Notes: generated by a model not told the origin, from the letters alone. 64,000 bases of DNA from an uncultured Clostridia bacterium (GCA_947628205.1 CANQYX010000002.1:4975-68974), one strand, 5' to 3'; counted from the stretch's first letter, positions 28,871-38,967 are shown. Program-made: numbers and translations.

Positions 28871-29535
28871 TATTCTGCCACCGACTTGCCTTTAAGCGTT
28901 TGAATTGCGCTATATGTGTCGTTCGCGTAAATGTATGCGCCGCTAACCAAAATGTCCGCCCCAGCTTTAACGCAATCTTTGGCGGTTTCCGCGTTTATGC
29001 CGCCGTCCGCCTCAATTAAAATGTCCTTGCTTAAATTGCGGACATATTTAATTTTTTTAATTGCCGCATCTTGAAATTTTTGCCCGCCTTTGCCAACTTT
29101 AACGCATAAAATTAGTGCCATATCTATTAAATTTAAATATTCGTCTATTACCTTAATGTCTGTGTCAATATCTATTGCCAAACCTGCCATAACGCCGCTC
29201 TTTTTAATTTTGATTAAGGTTTTTTTTAAAAGTTCTTTATCTTGAAAAGCCTCATATTCAAGTGAAATTATGTTTGCACCTGCCTTAATGTATTTTGAAA
29301 TGACTTTTTCCGCCTCAACAATCATTAAATGCACATCAAAAAGAAGGGTTGAATGCTCCTTCAACTGCTCTAAATACGCGTAATCTACCGATTTTTGCTT
29401 GGTGAACTTGCCATCCATCACGTCCAGATGATACATATCCACACCATAAGTTCCCACGCGCTCTATATACTCTAATTGGCTGGACATATTGCGCCCAGCT
29501 GGCAAGCTAGATGCCGACACAACAATTTTTTTCAT
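28870..29535 (-). CDS. rpe: Ribulose-phosphate 3-epimerase
   Basis: 221 aa. YHLDVMDGKF, DVHLM and EADGGIN...GADILVSG motifs. Confidence 0.88.
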   Translation of the reverse strand: MKKIVVSASSLPAGRNMSSQLEYIERVGTYGVDMYHLDVMDGKFTKQKSVDYAYLEQLKEHSTLLFDVHLMIVEAEKVISKYIKAGANIISLEYEAFQDKELLKKTLIKIKKSGVMAGLAIDIDTDIKVIDEYLNLIDMALILCVKVGKGGQKFQDAAIKKIKYVRNLSKDILIEADGGINAETAKDCVKAGADILVSGAYIYANDTYSAIQTLKGKSVAE

Positions 29536-29611
29536 GTTACCTTCTTAAGTTATTATATCATAAAAAAATTTATTTTAAAAATAATTTATAAAGGTTTTAC
29601 AATTTACACAA

Positions 29612-29639
29612 GAGATTCTTCGCTCCGCTCAGAATGACA
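29612..29639 (+). repeat. Minimal ('empty') GAGATTCTT-type repeat
   Basis: gagattcttcgctccgctcagaatgaca. This is the same element as at 12866 and 25398, but without the nested hairpin module between the two CGCT motifs. Confidence 0.85.
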
Positions 29640-29667
29640 TAAATAAACTAATTTCATTTTATATTTT

Positions 29668-30690
29668 TTAATTTTGTTTTAAAGTTTTAGCCCTAAGCAT
29701 GCCGCATGCGCCCTCGATGTCACTGCCCTGACTGCGGCGCAAAGTGGCAGAAACGCCAAGGTCGTTAAGCGCTTTAACAAACGCAACTGCCTCGGCGCGC
29801 GTGGTGGCTTTAAGCGGTCCGCCGTTCGGGTTTAGGCAAATTACATTTACATGACATTTAAGGTCTTTTGTCAACTCTTTCAAGCGCAAAATATCTTGTT
29901 TGCTGTTGTTAACATCTTTAATTAGGCAATATTCAAACACCACTCGCCTATTGTTTTCGCCAATATAAAATTTTAGCGCATCCACTATTTCGCTTATTGA
30001 ATAGCGGTTGGCAATTGGCATAATGGTTTTGCGGATTTCGTCCGTCGTGGCATGCAGCGAAACGCAAAGCGTGATGTTGAAATTCAGTTTGGCGAAATCA
30101 TATATTTTATCCACCAAACCGCAAGTTGATAGTGAAATGTTGCGCTCGCTAACATTAAAGCCGGCTTTGTCCGTTATAAGTTGCAACCACTTAACCACAT
30201 TATCATAATTATCAAACGGCTCGCCGCTGCCCATAAGCACAATGTTTGTGAAGTTGCGCTCGTTGCACTTACCATTATCCGCATTTACAACCGCGATAGT
30301 TGAGAGCATTTCGCCCGCCGTTAAATTCCTAACGCACCCATTTAACGTTGACGCGCAAAACTTGCATCCCATTTTGCAGCCCACTTGCGTGGACATACAA
30401 ATTGTGTTACCATAATTTTGCAATAAATATACGCATTCAATGATGTTGTTGTCGCTAAGTTTCAATAGATATTTTTTTGTTCCATCACGGCTTTTTAGCG
30501 TTTTAAAAATTTCGACCGGCTTTAAAATGTAATTTTGTTTTAGCGTTTCAATGTCTTTTTTAGGCAGTTTCAATTCACTAAAATCCTTCGCCTGCAATAT
30601 TGCATCAAAAACTTGCTTGGCACGAAATGCGGGTAAATCTGCCAACTCTTTTTTTAATTCATCTAAACTAAAATCACTTAAAATTTTCAT
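29668..30690 (-). CDS. rlmN: 23S rRNA/tRNA (adenine-C2)-methyltransferase RlmN (radical SAM)
   Basis: 340 aa. FRAKQVF N-terminus, CKMGCKFCAS radical-SAM cluster, and MGSGEP and CGML motifs. Confidence 0.92.
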   Translation of the reverse strand: MKILSDFSLDELKKELADLPAFRAKQVFDAILQAKDFSELKLPKKDIETLKQNYILKPVEIFKTLKSRDGTKKYLLKLSDNNIIECVYLLQNYGNTICMSTQVGCKMGCKFCASTLNGCVRNLTAGEMLSTIAVVNADNGKCNERNFTNIVLMGSGEPFDNYDNVVKWLQLITDKAGFNVSERNISLSTCGLVDKIYDFAKLNFNITLCVSLHATTDEIRKTIMPIANRYSISEIVDALKFYIGENNRRVVFEYCLIKDVNNSKQDILRLKELTKDLKCHVNVICLNPNGGPLKATTRAEAVAFVKALNDLGVSATLRRSQGSDIEGACGMLRAKTLKQN

Positions 30691-30704
30691 TGTATGTTTT
30701 TAAT

Positions 30705-30748
30705 AGATTGCCACGCGATTTTTATGGTAAAAATCTCTCGCAATGACA
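30705..30748 (+). repeat. GAGATTGCC-type repeat with a variable stem and TGG loop
   Basis: agattgccacgc-gattttta-tgg-taaaaatc-tctcgcaatgaca. Confidence 0.85.
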
Positions 30749-30775
30749 TAGGGATATATTGAGCTGCTTATAAAA

Positions 30776-31693
30776 TTATTGTTCAATAAAACTGCCAAGT
30801 ATAAATTTGTTGGCGTTCATGTAGGCTTTTGCCGGCATGGGCTGTTTGCCCTCAGGCTGTATCGTGTCCAGGCTTAGGCTGCCATCTAGTGTGCCAACAA
30901 TAAGGCCAAGTTTTGAATTGCACGCCAAAATTTCGCCCACTTTGCCGCTTACATTTGCAATGCTGGCAGCTTTAACTTTATATCTTTTGCCCTCGTAAAA
31001 AAAATAGCAATCTTCAAGCGCGCGGATGCGGTTAAACAATTCAAGCGAAGTTGCGTTGAAATTCAAATGATAATCTTCGTCCTTAATCATTTTGGCATAA
31101 GTTGAAAGTGCGTCATTTTGCGGTGTGCCGTTCTTAGTTAAATTATCAAAATCGTTTAAAAATTCAATTAAACAAGTTTTTCCAAGTTCAATAAGTTTTT
31201 CGGTTAAACTTTGCAAATTGTCCGATGGCAAAATTTCAACACTTTTTTGCAGATACATTTCGCCCGTATCCAACCCGAGTTCGGTTTTCATAATGGTTAT
31301 GCCGGTTTTGGTTTCGCCGTCCATAATGGCGCGCTGAATTGGCGCAGCGCCCCTTAACTTTGGCAGCAAACTAGCGTGAACGTTATATGTGCCACGCAAT
31401 GGGATATCCAAAATGTTTTGCTTAATAATTTGCCCAAAACTTGCAGTTATAAACACATCTGGCTGATAGGCTTTAAGCACGCTTTCGCCCTCTAAATTAA
31501 GGTTTTTAAATTGATAAAGTGGCAAGCCATTGTCCAGACAAAAATTTTTAATTGGAGAAAAAACAATTTTGTTGTTCCTGCCATTGACCTTATCCGGCTG
31601 CGAAACAACTGCAACCACTTCAAAATGATTTTCAACAAGCGATTTTAAAATTTCTGCACTAAAATGATTTGTTCCAAAAAAAACTATTTTCAT
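30776..31693 (-). CDS. fmt: Methionyl-tRNA formyltransferase
   Basis: MKIVFFGTNHFS...HASLLPKLRGAAPIQ. Start at the ATG at 31693, overlapping the def stop (TAATG). The track ORF has a 33-aa extension. Confidence 0.92.
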   Translation of the reverse strand: MKIVFFGTNHFSAEILKSLVENHFEVVAVVSQPDKVNGRNNKIVFSPIKNFCLDNGLPLYQFKNLNLEGESVLKAYQPDVFITASFGQIIKQNILDIPLRGTYNVHASLLPKLRGAAPIQRAIMDGETKTGITIMKTELGLDTGEMYLQKSVEILPSDNLQSLTEKLIELGKTCLIEFLNDFDNLTKNGTPQNDALSTYAKMIKDEDYHLNFNATSLELFNRIRALEDCYFFYEGKRYKVKAASIANVSGKVGEILACNSKLGLIVGTLDGSLSLDTIQPEGKQPMPAKAYMNANKFILGSFIEQ

Positions 31694-32157
31694 TATTCTT
31701 CCGCCTTGCCTTTTGGTGGGGTGCAAAGTTTGTCGATATACAAAATTCCGTCTAGGTGGTCGGTTTCGTGGCAAACGCAAACGGCAGTCCAATCCTCACA
31801 AGTTAGCGTAAACTTGTTGCCATATCTATCGAACGCGCTAACAGTTATCGTTTGCGGACGTTTAACATAGCCAAATGGCAGCGACACGCTCAAACACCCC
31901 TCTTTTTTATATTGTTCCCCACTTTTTTTAGTTATAACAGGGTTAATAAATTCAATGTTCATATTATTGATGTGAATTATAAAAACGCGCTTTAAAACGC
32001 CCACTTGCACCGCGCTTAAGCCTGCGCCCTCTTTTGAATTAAGTGTTTCGTGCATATCGTCCAAAAGTTCCCATAATTTTTCATCGAAAGAACTAACGGG
32101 CTTGCTTGCCTTTCTAATAAATTTATCTGTGTGCGGCACAATTTCTCTAATTGCCAT
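31693..32157 (-). CDS. def: Peptide deformylase
   Basis: GAGLSAVQVG, EGCLS and HETDHLDG metal-binding motifs. Confidence 0.95.
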   Translation of the reverse strand: MAIREIVPHTDKFIRKASKPVSSFDEKLWELLDDMHETLNSKEGAGLSAVQVGVLKRVFIIHINNMNIEFINPVITKKSGEQYKKEGCLSVSLPFGYVKRPQTITVSAFDRYGNKFTLTCEDWTAVCVCHETDHLDGILYIDKLCTPPKGKAEE

Positions 32158-32250
32158 AAATTCTCCTTAACTTTGCTTAAAATACATTATATTTTAACAC
32201 AAATTGCGCGTATAGTCAATGTTTTTAATAAAAAAAGTGGCGAAAGCCAC

Positions 32251-34428
32251 TTAGCGCAAATTGTTTGGGTTGAGTTCAACAAAAATGGACACATCTTTTT
32301 CTATTATGTCGGCTATTGAATAGAAATCTGCCGTGATGGCGTCATTTGGCGTGTAACGCGTTAAAATTTGATAGCGGAATTTGGTTTGAATGCGTTTAAC
32401 CGGGCTTGCCATCGCTTGCAAAAATATTATTTGATTGCCATATTTTTCTTTTAATTTTTTGGCATTGTCAAAAATCTTTTTGGTGGTTTCAATTGCTCTA
32501 TTTTCGCTTACGCTAGAAACCAAAATGCGCAAAATGTTGCTGTATGGCGGGAAGCCGGTGGTTTGGCGCAAGTTTATTTCTTTATCGTAAAAACCGAGAT
32601 AATCATAGTTCGACGCGAACCTATAAACATAGTGTTTAGGCGCATAAGTCTGCAAAACAACAAAGCCATCGTTGTGCGCGCGGCCGGCTCTGCCCGCAAC
32701 TTGTGTTACAAGTTGGAATGTGCGCTCGTTCGACTTATAGTCGCTGTTATAAAGGCTGACATCCGCATCCAAAATGCCAACAAAAGTAACATCGGGATAG
32801 TCATGCCCCTTAGCAATCATTTGTGTGCCAACCAAAATTGATGGCGTGGTGTGGCTGAACTGCTCCAAAATCTTTTTGTGGCCATCCTTGCCGCGCGTTG
32901 TGTCATTATCCATCCTAAAAATTGCCACATCGGGAAATAGTTTTTTAAGGTCATTTACCACGCGTTCGGTGCCAAGCGCGCCATATTTAATGTTCGTGCT
33001 GTTGCAATGCGGGCAATTTGTAAGCATGCGATATCGCTTGCCGCAAAAATGGCATTTTAGTTCGTTGTCCTCTTTGTGATAGACCAAACTAACTTCACAA
33101 TCGTCGCATTTTGCACGATAACCGCACTCGCGGCAGATGACAAACGAGGCAAAGCCGCGCCTGTTTATAAACAAAATGGCTTGCTTTTTGTTTTTAACGC
33201 ACTTGTCCAGTTCGGCAATAAGTTTTTTGCTATATGGCGAACTGTTACCATCAAGCAGTTCATTAATCATATCCACAATTTCAATTTTTGGCATCTCTAA
33301 GCCGTTAATTCGCTCGGGCAAAGTGATAAGTTTATACTGCCCATCTTTTGCCTTTTTAAAACTTTCTATGCTTGGCGTAGCGCTGCCCAAAACTAGCGGA
33401 CAATTATTGTATCTTGCCCTAAATTCAGCTACATCGTGCGTTACAAAGCGCGGATTGCTTTCGCTTATGTAACTAGTATCATGCTCCTCGTCAATAATGA
33501 TTGCGCCAACATTTTCAACCGGGGCAAAAATGGCACTGCGCGCGCCCAAAACCACGTGCGCTTGGCCGGAAAATATTCTATCCCATTCGTCAAAGCGCTC
33601 GCCTTCGCTTAACCCGCTGTGCAGCACGGCAACATTGTTTGGAAAACGCGAATTAAAGCGGCTCATCATCTGCGGCGTTAGCGAAATTTCTGGCACAAGC
33701 ATAATGGCAGTTTTGCCTTGTTTTAGCGCGTTTTCAATGATTGTCATATAAACTTCGGTTTTACCGCTGCCGGTTACGCCCTGAAGCAAAAATGTTTGGT
33801 TTTGGCCGATTATCGCATCAACCGCGGCCTGTTGGCTTTTGGTTAGTGTCTTTTTGGGCTCTTTAATTTGCTCCACATTTGGCGTGCGCATGCGCCTAAG
33901 CGGTGTTTTTAAAACTATGCCCTTATCCACAAGCGCATTGACAGAAGTTCTGCCAAAAAGCGACACTAAATCACTAAATTTCACCTCTCCTTGCTCGCTT
34001 AAATGTGCCACAACGCCAAGTTGCGCTTTTGCGCGCTTTCCTATGATATTTATGGCATTTTCTAGGTCAAGAGCAAGCGAACAAACATATTCAATTTGCT
34101 CGCGCGCGTTATCTAACCTAACGCAAGAAGGAATTGCAAGTTTAATGCAGTCGCTCATGCGCAAAAAAAACCGCCTAGACATGAAATTGCAAAGCGACAA
34201 AATTTCAGGCTTTAATCTAGGAACAGTTTCTAAATTTTTTTTAATTGTTTTAATTTTTGCTGGGTCAAAATTCGTGGTTTTGCTTAAAGCCAGCACATAT
34301 CCAAGCACATTTCTGCCCGCAAATGGCACTAGAACGCGCATACCTATTTGTGTGGTAGGCAAAGCAAGATAGTCAAAAACTCTATCAACTGCATCGTTTG
34401 ATATGTCCACCACCACTTGCGCGTACAT
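32251..34428 (-). CDS. priA: Primosomal protein N' (PriA helicase)
   Basis: 725 aa. GVTGSGKTEVY Walker A, DEEHD, and a Cys-rich zinc insertion (CRECGYRAKCDDCEVSLVYH...CHFCG...CPHC). Confidence 0.93.
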   Translation of the reverse strand: MYAQVVVDISNDAVDRVFDYLALPTTQIGMRVLVPFAGRNVLGYVLALSKTTNFDPAKIKTIKKNLETVPRLKPEILSLCNFMSRRFFLRMSDCIKLAIPSCVRLDNAREQIEYVCSLALDLENAINIIGKRAKAQLGVVAHLSEQGEVKFSDLVSLFGRTSVNALVDKGIVLKTPLRRMRTPNVEQIKEPKKTLTKSQQAAVDAIIGQNQTFLLQGVTGSGKTEVYMTIIENALKQGKTAIMLVPEISLTPQMMSRFNSRFPNNVAVLHSGLSEGERFDEWDRIFSGQAHVVLGARSAIFAPVENVGAIIIDEEHDTSYISESNPRFVTHDVAEFRARYNNCPLVLGSATPSIESFKKAKDGQYKLITLPERINGLEMPKIEIVDMINELLDGNSSPYSKKLIAELDKCVKNKKQAILFINRRGFASFVICRECGYRAKCDDCEVSLVYHKEDNELKCHFCGKRYRMLTNCPHCNSTNIKYGALGTERVVNDLKKLFPDVAIFRMDNDTTRGKDGHKKILEQFSHTTPSILVGTQMIAKGHDYPDVTFVGILDADVSLYNSDYKSNERTFQLVTQVAGRAGRAHNDGFVVLQTYAPKHYVYRFASNYDYLGFYDKEINLRQTTGFPPYSNILRILVSSVSENRAIETTKKIFDNAKKLKEKYGNQIIFLQAMASPVKRIQTKFRYQILTRYTPNDAITADFYSIADIIEKDVSIFVELNPNNLR

Positions 34429-34430
34429 AA

Positions 34431-34628
34431 CTATTTTGTTTTAACCCCAACAACTTCGCCACGCAAAACTTCGTTGGCAGCGTAATCAATTGCCAAGTTA
34501 GAACTTCCGTTTAAAAGCGCCGGGATTTTGTTTGCCAAATCCTTGGCACGTGCGCCAACAACAACTGCCACTGCGTAGCGGCAACCCAACATTTTAACTA
34601 GGGCATCAATAGGTGGTTCAAATAACAT
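34431..34628 (-). CDS. rpoZ: DNA-directed RNA polymerase subunit omega
   Basis: 65 aa. MLFEPPIDALVKMLGCRYAVAVVVGARAKDL is typical of Firmicute omega. Sits upstream of priA. Confidence 0.8.
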   Translation of the reverse strand: MLFEPPIDALVKMLGCRYAVAVVVGARAKDLANKIPALLNGSSNLAIDYAANEVLRGEVVGVKTK

Positions 34629-34685
34629 AATTTCTCCTTATTTTTTAATATTATATACCAAAAAATTTATTTGTCAAGCAAAAAT

Positions 34686-35237
34686 TTAATTTTCTTTTTT
34701 GTTGGTGTCAATTATTGCTTTAACATCTTTATATACTTCGTATGGGTTTTCAATGTATGCAAAAGCAAATTTTGCCACACCTTGATTTGTTAGCGGGCTG
34801 GACATGCTGCCAAACGCGATAAGACCGGTGTTTTTGTGGAGCAATTTATCCACCCAAGTTACGTTAACAGTTATTGCGCCAAGCATTGAGAAATCCAAAC
34901 TTTTATAGTCCACCCCAATGCGCCCGGTGCGGATTAAAACACGCTTGTTTGTTATTGCATAAACCGTTTTTTTGCACCACATTGCGGTTAAAATTAACGA
35001 AAGAGCCGCTAACACAACAAAAATTGAAGCAATAACAATAACGCCGGAAACGCTGCCACTTTCTTTGTCTATCAACATGCCTGCACAGCAGATGCCAATT
35101 AGAACTAACAGCAACAGCCATGTTATAATTTGCGTGAAAAACGCGCGAAATTTGCGCGGACGATAAGTTTTTAAAACTTCTTCGCCGTCGCCCAAAACCA
35201 TACTAAACAATTCTTTATCTTCCATTTTTTCCTCCAC
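34686..35237 (-). CDS. Membrane protein with a bacterial PH (bPH_2/YdbS-like) domain
   Basis: 183 aa. Two hydrophobic helices, followed by VYAITNKRVLIRTGRIGVDYKSLDFSMLGAITV. Confidence 0.6.
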   Translation of the reverse strand: MEEKMEDKELFSMVLGDGEEVLKTYRPRKFRAFFTQIITWLLLLVLIGICCAGMLIDKESGSVSGVIVIASIFVVLAALSLILTAMWCKKTVYAITNKRVLIRTGRIGVDYKSLDFSMLGAITVNVTWVDKLLHKNTGLIAFGSMSSPLTNQGVAKFAFAYIENPYEVYKDVKAIIDTNKKEN

Positions 35238-35273
35238 AGAATTATATTATCACTTTTGCAAATTTTTGTCAAA

Positions 35274-35927
35274 TTATTTTTTTAATTTTTGTAGTGCAAG
35301 GTGAGCGGCGTTTTGTTCGGCTTCGCGCTTGGTTGAGCCATTGCCGAAAGCTAAAAATTGCCCGTCTATAAAACAATTTGCCCTAAAATTTTCTTGCCCA
35401 TTTTCTAGCAAATATTTTTCAACTTTATATTCAAGTTTAAATTTGTTTGCTTGGGCATACTCTTGCAAGTCGGTTTTATAATCAATTGGCTTAATGCCGT
35501 TTTTTAGTTTGCTTTTAATCTGCAAAGCATCCAACACGGCGGTTGAAATTGATGGCAAACCAAACGAGAGATACATTGCGCCAATCATGCTTTCAATTGT
35601 ATCCGCCAAAATGGCATCGCTAATTGAACTGCCCTTAAAACTTTTGCCAAACTTGATGTGCGGCAAAATGTCAATTTGCTTTGCAAGTTCTGCCAAACTT
35701 TCTGTGCAAACAAAATTGGCGCGCACTTTGCTCATTTTGCCTTCGTCTTTTTTTAGGTGGCGATATAGATAGTCGCTAACAATTGTTTCAAGCACGCTAT
35801 CGCCCAAAAATTCAATGCGCTCGTTGCTTTCGGTTTTGTGTTCGTGCGCAAAAGATGAGTGAGTTAGCGCAAGCGTTTTTAACTCTTCACTGCATTTTTC
35901 AAATAATTCTAAAAAGTTGTTTTTCAT
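35274..35927 (-). CDS. rnc: Ribonuclease III
   Basis: ERIEFLGDSVL signature and a C-terminal dsRBD (GNGSTKREAEQNAAHLAL). Confidence 0.93.
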   Translation of the reverse strand: MKNNFLELFEKCSEELKTLALTHSSFAHEHKTESNERIEFLGDSVLETIVSDYLYRHLKKDEGKMSKVRANFVCTESLAELAKQIDILPHIKFGKSFKGSSISDAILADTIESMIGAMYLSFGLPSISTAVLDALQIKSKLKNGIKPIDYKTDLQEYAQANKFKLEYKVEKYLLENGQENFRANCFIDGQFLAFGNGSTKREAEQNAAHLALQKLKK

Positions 35928-36059
35928 ATTTTTTTAATATTTCCGCAAAAACTTTTTGCGTTTTTCTACAAAAATTTTTAAAATTTTGCGTTTTTTGCAT
36001 TAAATTTTAAGTTTTTTTGTGTTTTTAGTGTTATTTTTAAATTTTTTAAAATTTTTTAT

Positions 36060-37052
36060 TTATTTAGCAACCGCTTCGGTTACCTTTTGAATTAATTTAT
36101 TTTTGCCAAGTTGATATGCTTGTTCAATTGTTTTAGCAATGCTATCTGCCTTGCTGTTTCCGTGACATTTCAGCACAATTTTGCTAACGCCTAAAAGCGG
36201 AGCACCGCCAAGTTTTTGATAGTCATATTTATTTTTTATTTCCTTTAAACTCTTTTTTAAAAGCAATCCACCGAGTTTAGCTTTAAACGAAGATTTAACA
36301 GTATCTTTAAGTTCGCCAAACAAAATTTCTGCAACGCCCTCAATAGTTTTAAGTGCAATGTTGCCGGCAAAACCTTCACTTACAACCACATCGCAATTGC
36401 CGCGCATAATGTCGCGCGCTTCAATGTTGCCAACAAAATTCAAATCTGAATGTTTCAAAAGTTGGTGTGCCTCTTTAATCATCTCGCTGCCCTTTTCTTC
36501 TTCCGTGCCAATGTTTAAAAGGGCGATGCGCGGATTTTTAACGCCAAGCGCTTTCATATATTCGTTGCCCATAATGCCAAAGTGCAACAAATTTTCTGCC
36601 TTGCAATCTGCGTTGGCGCCGCAATCAAGCAACATTACGCCGCGGTCATTAACCGTTGGCAATATTGGTGCTAGCGCAGGGCGAGAAATGTTTGGTATTC
36701 TACCCAATTTCAGCACCGCACCAGTGAGTGTTGCGCCCGTGCTGCCCGCGCTAACCAGTGCGACCGCATCGTCATTGTTTTTTAGATAATCATAAGCCAC
36801 AACAATGCTAGAAGTTTTTTTGGTGCGAATAGCAGTTGTAGGCACATCATCATTTGTAACAACATCCGGTGCGTGCACAATTTCTAGCCTATCGCTTACA
36901 AAAACAAGTTCTTGAAGCAGTTCGGTTATTTTGTCTTTATCGCCAACCAAAACAACTTCTAATTTTTCGTTTGCTAGTAACGCTTTAACTGCGCCAGCAA
37001 CCACTTCATGCGGAGCAAAATCTCCACCAAAAGCATCTACAACAATTTTCAT
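36060..37052 (-). CDS. plsX: Phosphate acyltransferase PlsX
   Basis: MKIVVDAFGGDFAP...SAGSTGA...KCHGNS motifs. Confidence 0.93.
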   Translation of the reverse strand: MKIVVDAFGGDFAPHEVVAGAVKALLANEKLEVVLVGDKDKITELLQELVFVSDRLEIVHAPDVVTNDDVPTTAIRTKKTSSIVVAYDYLKNNDDAVALVSAGSTGATLTGAVLKLGRIPNISRPALAPILPTVNDRGVMLLDCGANADCKAENLLHFGIMGNEYMKALGVKNPRIALLNIGTEEEKGSEMIKEAHQLLKHSDLNFVGNIEARDIMRGNCDVVVSEGFAGNIALKTIEGVAEILFGELKDTVKSSFKAKLGGLLLKKSLKEIKNKYDYQKLGGAPLLGVSKIVLKCHGNSKADSIAKTIEQAYQLGKNKLIQKVTEAVAK

Positions 37053-37105
37053 ATTTAACTCCTTTAAAATTCAAATTTAATCAAAAGATTATTTATATTA
37101 TAAAT

Positions 37106-37141
37106 AAAAAAAGAACAAAAGTAAAATGATTTTTTGTTCTT
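37106..37141 (-). terminator. Rho-independent terminator downstream of the split methyltransferase gene
   Basis: 10-bp stem aagaacaaaa/ttttgttctt (37111-37120 / 37132-37141); on the minus strand it is followed by a T-run. Confidence 0.65.
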
Positions 37142-37312
37142 ATATTTTAATATAAATTTTTTTGCATTTTAATCTTTGTCTTATTTTAAATAATTAAATT
37201 TTTTTATAGTTTTTTTTAATTTGCTTTTCTGTTTCTCTTTTTGCCCAAAAAGATAAACAAATAAAATAAAAAATAAAAATTAAAATTTTATTTAAAATTT
37301 TGCAAAAAAAAT

Positions 37313-38454
37313 TTAAAAATTTTTTGTTAAATCGTATAATTTTTGCGAAAAATTGTAATTTTTGATGTAATTTTGCAACTTTTCAAAAATTTTTGTGTTA
37401 AACTTTGATATTGTCTGTTTTGCACGTATCATAATATTTTTTGGCGAGTGGGCAAAATCTACAAACTCAATCATATCCACCGAATAGCCAAACGCACGCA
37501 AAATTTGGGCGCGGAATTCATCCGTTAAAAGTGCGCAAAATCTTTCTTTGATGATGCCGTCTTTCAGCATAATGTCTAACTCGCCGCCCTTGTTGATTGA
37601 CAAATTAATTTCGTGCTGGCAACATGGAACGGAAAAGATATATTTCGCTTTGTTTTGAATGGCAAAATTTAGCGCGTAATCGGTGGCCGTGTCGCACGCA
37701 TGTAGTGTGATAACCATATCAATTTTGCCAGAAAACAATTTGTCCTTTTTAACATCGCTCAAAACAAATTCTAGCCCAGTGTAGTTATATTTTTTGCCAA
37801 TTTGTTGCAAGTTTCAACCACGTCTTTTTTAATGTCGTAGCCAATAATGTGTGCCTTAATTTTTTTAATATTTACAAAATAGTGATAAATTAAAAATGTT
37901 AAATAACTTTTGCCGCAGCCAAAATCTAAAATCGTGATTTCTTTTAAATTAGAGTTTTTAAATTCGTCATCTATAATTTCAATAAACCTATTAATTTGTT
38001 TAAATTTATCGTACATGGCGGCGACAATTTTATTTTCTTTTGTGAAAATGCCAAGTTCTTGCATAATGGGAACATTGTCACCCTCGTTTAGCAGATAATT
38101 TTTTGTTTTGTTGTGCGCGGTTGAAATTTTTGCTTGCGTTATGGTGTTAGCTTGCTCTTTCTTTTTAAAGCCACCTTTTGAAAATGAAAATGAAATAGTT
38201 TTACCCTCTGCCTCAACCAAAATTTGCTTAAAATTTTTAAAATCTACACTTTCAACCGCATTTTCATAAGCCAAATTAGCATGAAAAACTTGTGTGCCTT
38301 TATAACTTTCAACTTGATATACGCGCTGCCCTTTAATTTCTACTGGGCGCAACATAATTTTTGAAAAATCTCCGTTTAGCCTATCACTAAACACAATTTT
38401 TTTAATAGGCAAATTTAAATTTAGCAAATAATCTTTAACTTCATCAATTTTCAT
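37313..38454 (-). pseudogene. Class I SAM-dependent methyltransferase split by a frameshift at an A6 run
   Basis: ORFs 37771-38454 (ends ...ILDFGCGKSYLTF...ETCNKLAKNITTLG*) and 37313-37810 (QQIGKKYNYTGLEF...LHACDTATDYAL...VPCCQHE) overlap. Adding one A to the run at 37790-37795 (T6 on the plus strand) gives a continuous ...CNKLAKKYNYTGLEF... ORF. Confidence 0.75.
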
Positions 38455-38587
38455 AATAATATTTTAAAACAAAAACATAAATCTGTCAACTAAATAAAAA
38501 ATGTATTATTTTAATAATAAAATTAAAAGAAAAAAATATAAATAACAATAAAAGACAAAAAACAATAGAATAAAATTAATAACAAAT

Positions 38588-38612
38588 AAAAAAATAGAGC
38601 ATTTTGCTCTAT
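38588..38612 (-). terminator. Rho-independent terminator after rpmF
   Basis: atagagcattttgctctat hairpin flanked by an A-run and a T-run, 5 nt after the stop. Confidence 0.7.
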
Positions 38613-38616
38613 TTTA

Positions 38617-38808
38617 TTATTTTGTCTTTTTCTTTTCAAGGTCAACGATTTGCTCGCCATCATAATATCCGCAATTTTTGCACACTTGGTGTGCCACTTT
38701 CTTTTCGTGGCAGTGTGGGCATTCTACTAATGTAGGAACAGCGGCTTTCCAGTTGGCGCGGCGCTTATCTCTTCTTGCCTTGGAAACTTTTCCCTTTGGA
38801 ACAGCCAT
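38617..38808 (-). CDS. rpmF: 50S ribosomal protein L32
   Basis: MAVPKGKVSKARRDKRRA...CPHCHEKKVAHQVCKNCGYY zinc-ribbon form. AGGAGGT SD. Confidence 0.93.
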   Translation of the reverse strand: MAVPKGKVSKARRDKRRANWKAAVPTLVECPHCHEKKVAHQVCKNCGYYDGEQIVDLEKKKTK

Positions 38809-38938
38809 TTTTACCTCCTATATATATTGTGTTCCGCGCAAGTTGGCACTATATATTGATTTTATCCCCTAAAAATTTAATAAAACTAATATTAATAATT
38901 CAATGCCAAAATGTTAAAACACTGACAAAATCGAATTG

Positions 38939-38967
38939 ATTATACCACACCTAAAAGCAAATGTCAA
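38939..38967 (-). promoter_or_regulatory. Consensus sigma-A promoter far upstream of rpmF
   Basis: On the minus strand, TTGACA (38967-38962), a 17-nt spacer, then TATAAT (38944-38939). This implies a leader of roughly 120 nt before rpmF. Confidence 0.55.

Noticed and set aside
35928-36059. cgcaaaaactttttgcg hairpin and AT-rich tracts in the plsX-rnc spacer, considered as a possible terminator or acpP remnant.
   Set aside because: The T-run is on the non-transcribed strand, the loop is too small, and no ORF or ACP motif (DSLD) appears in any frame.
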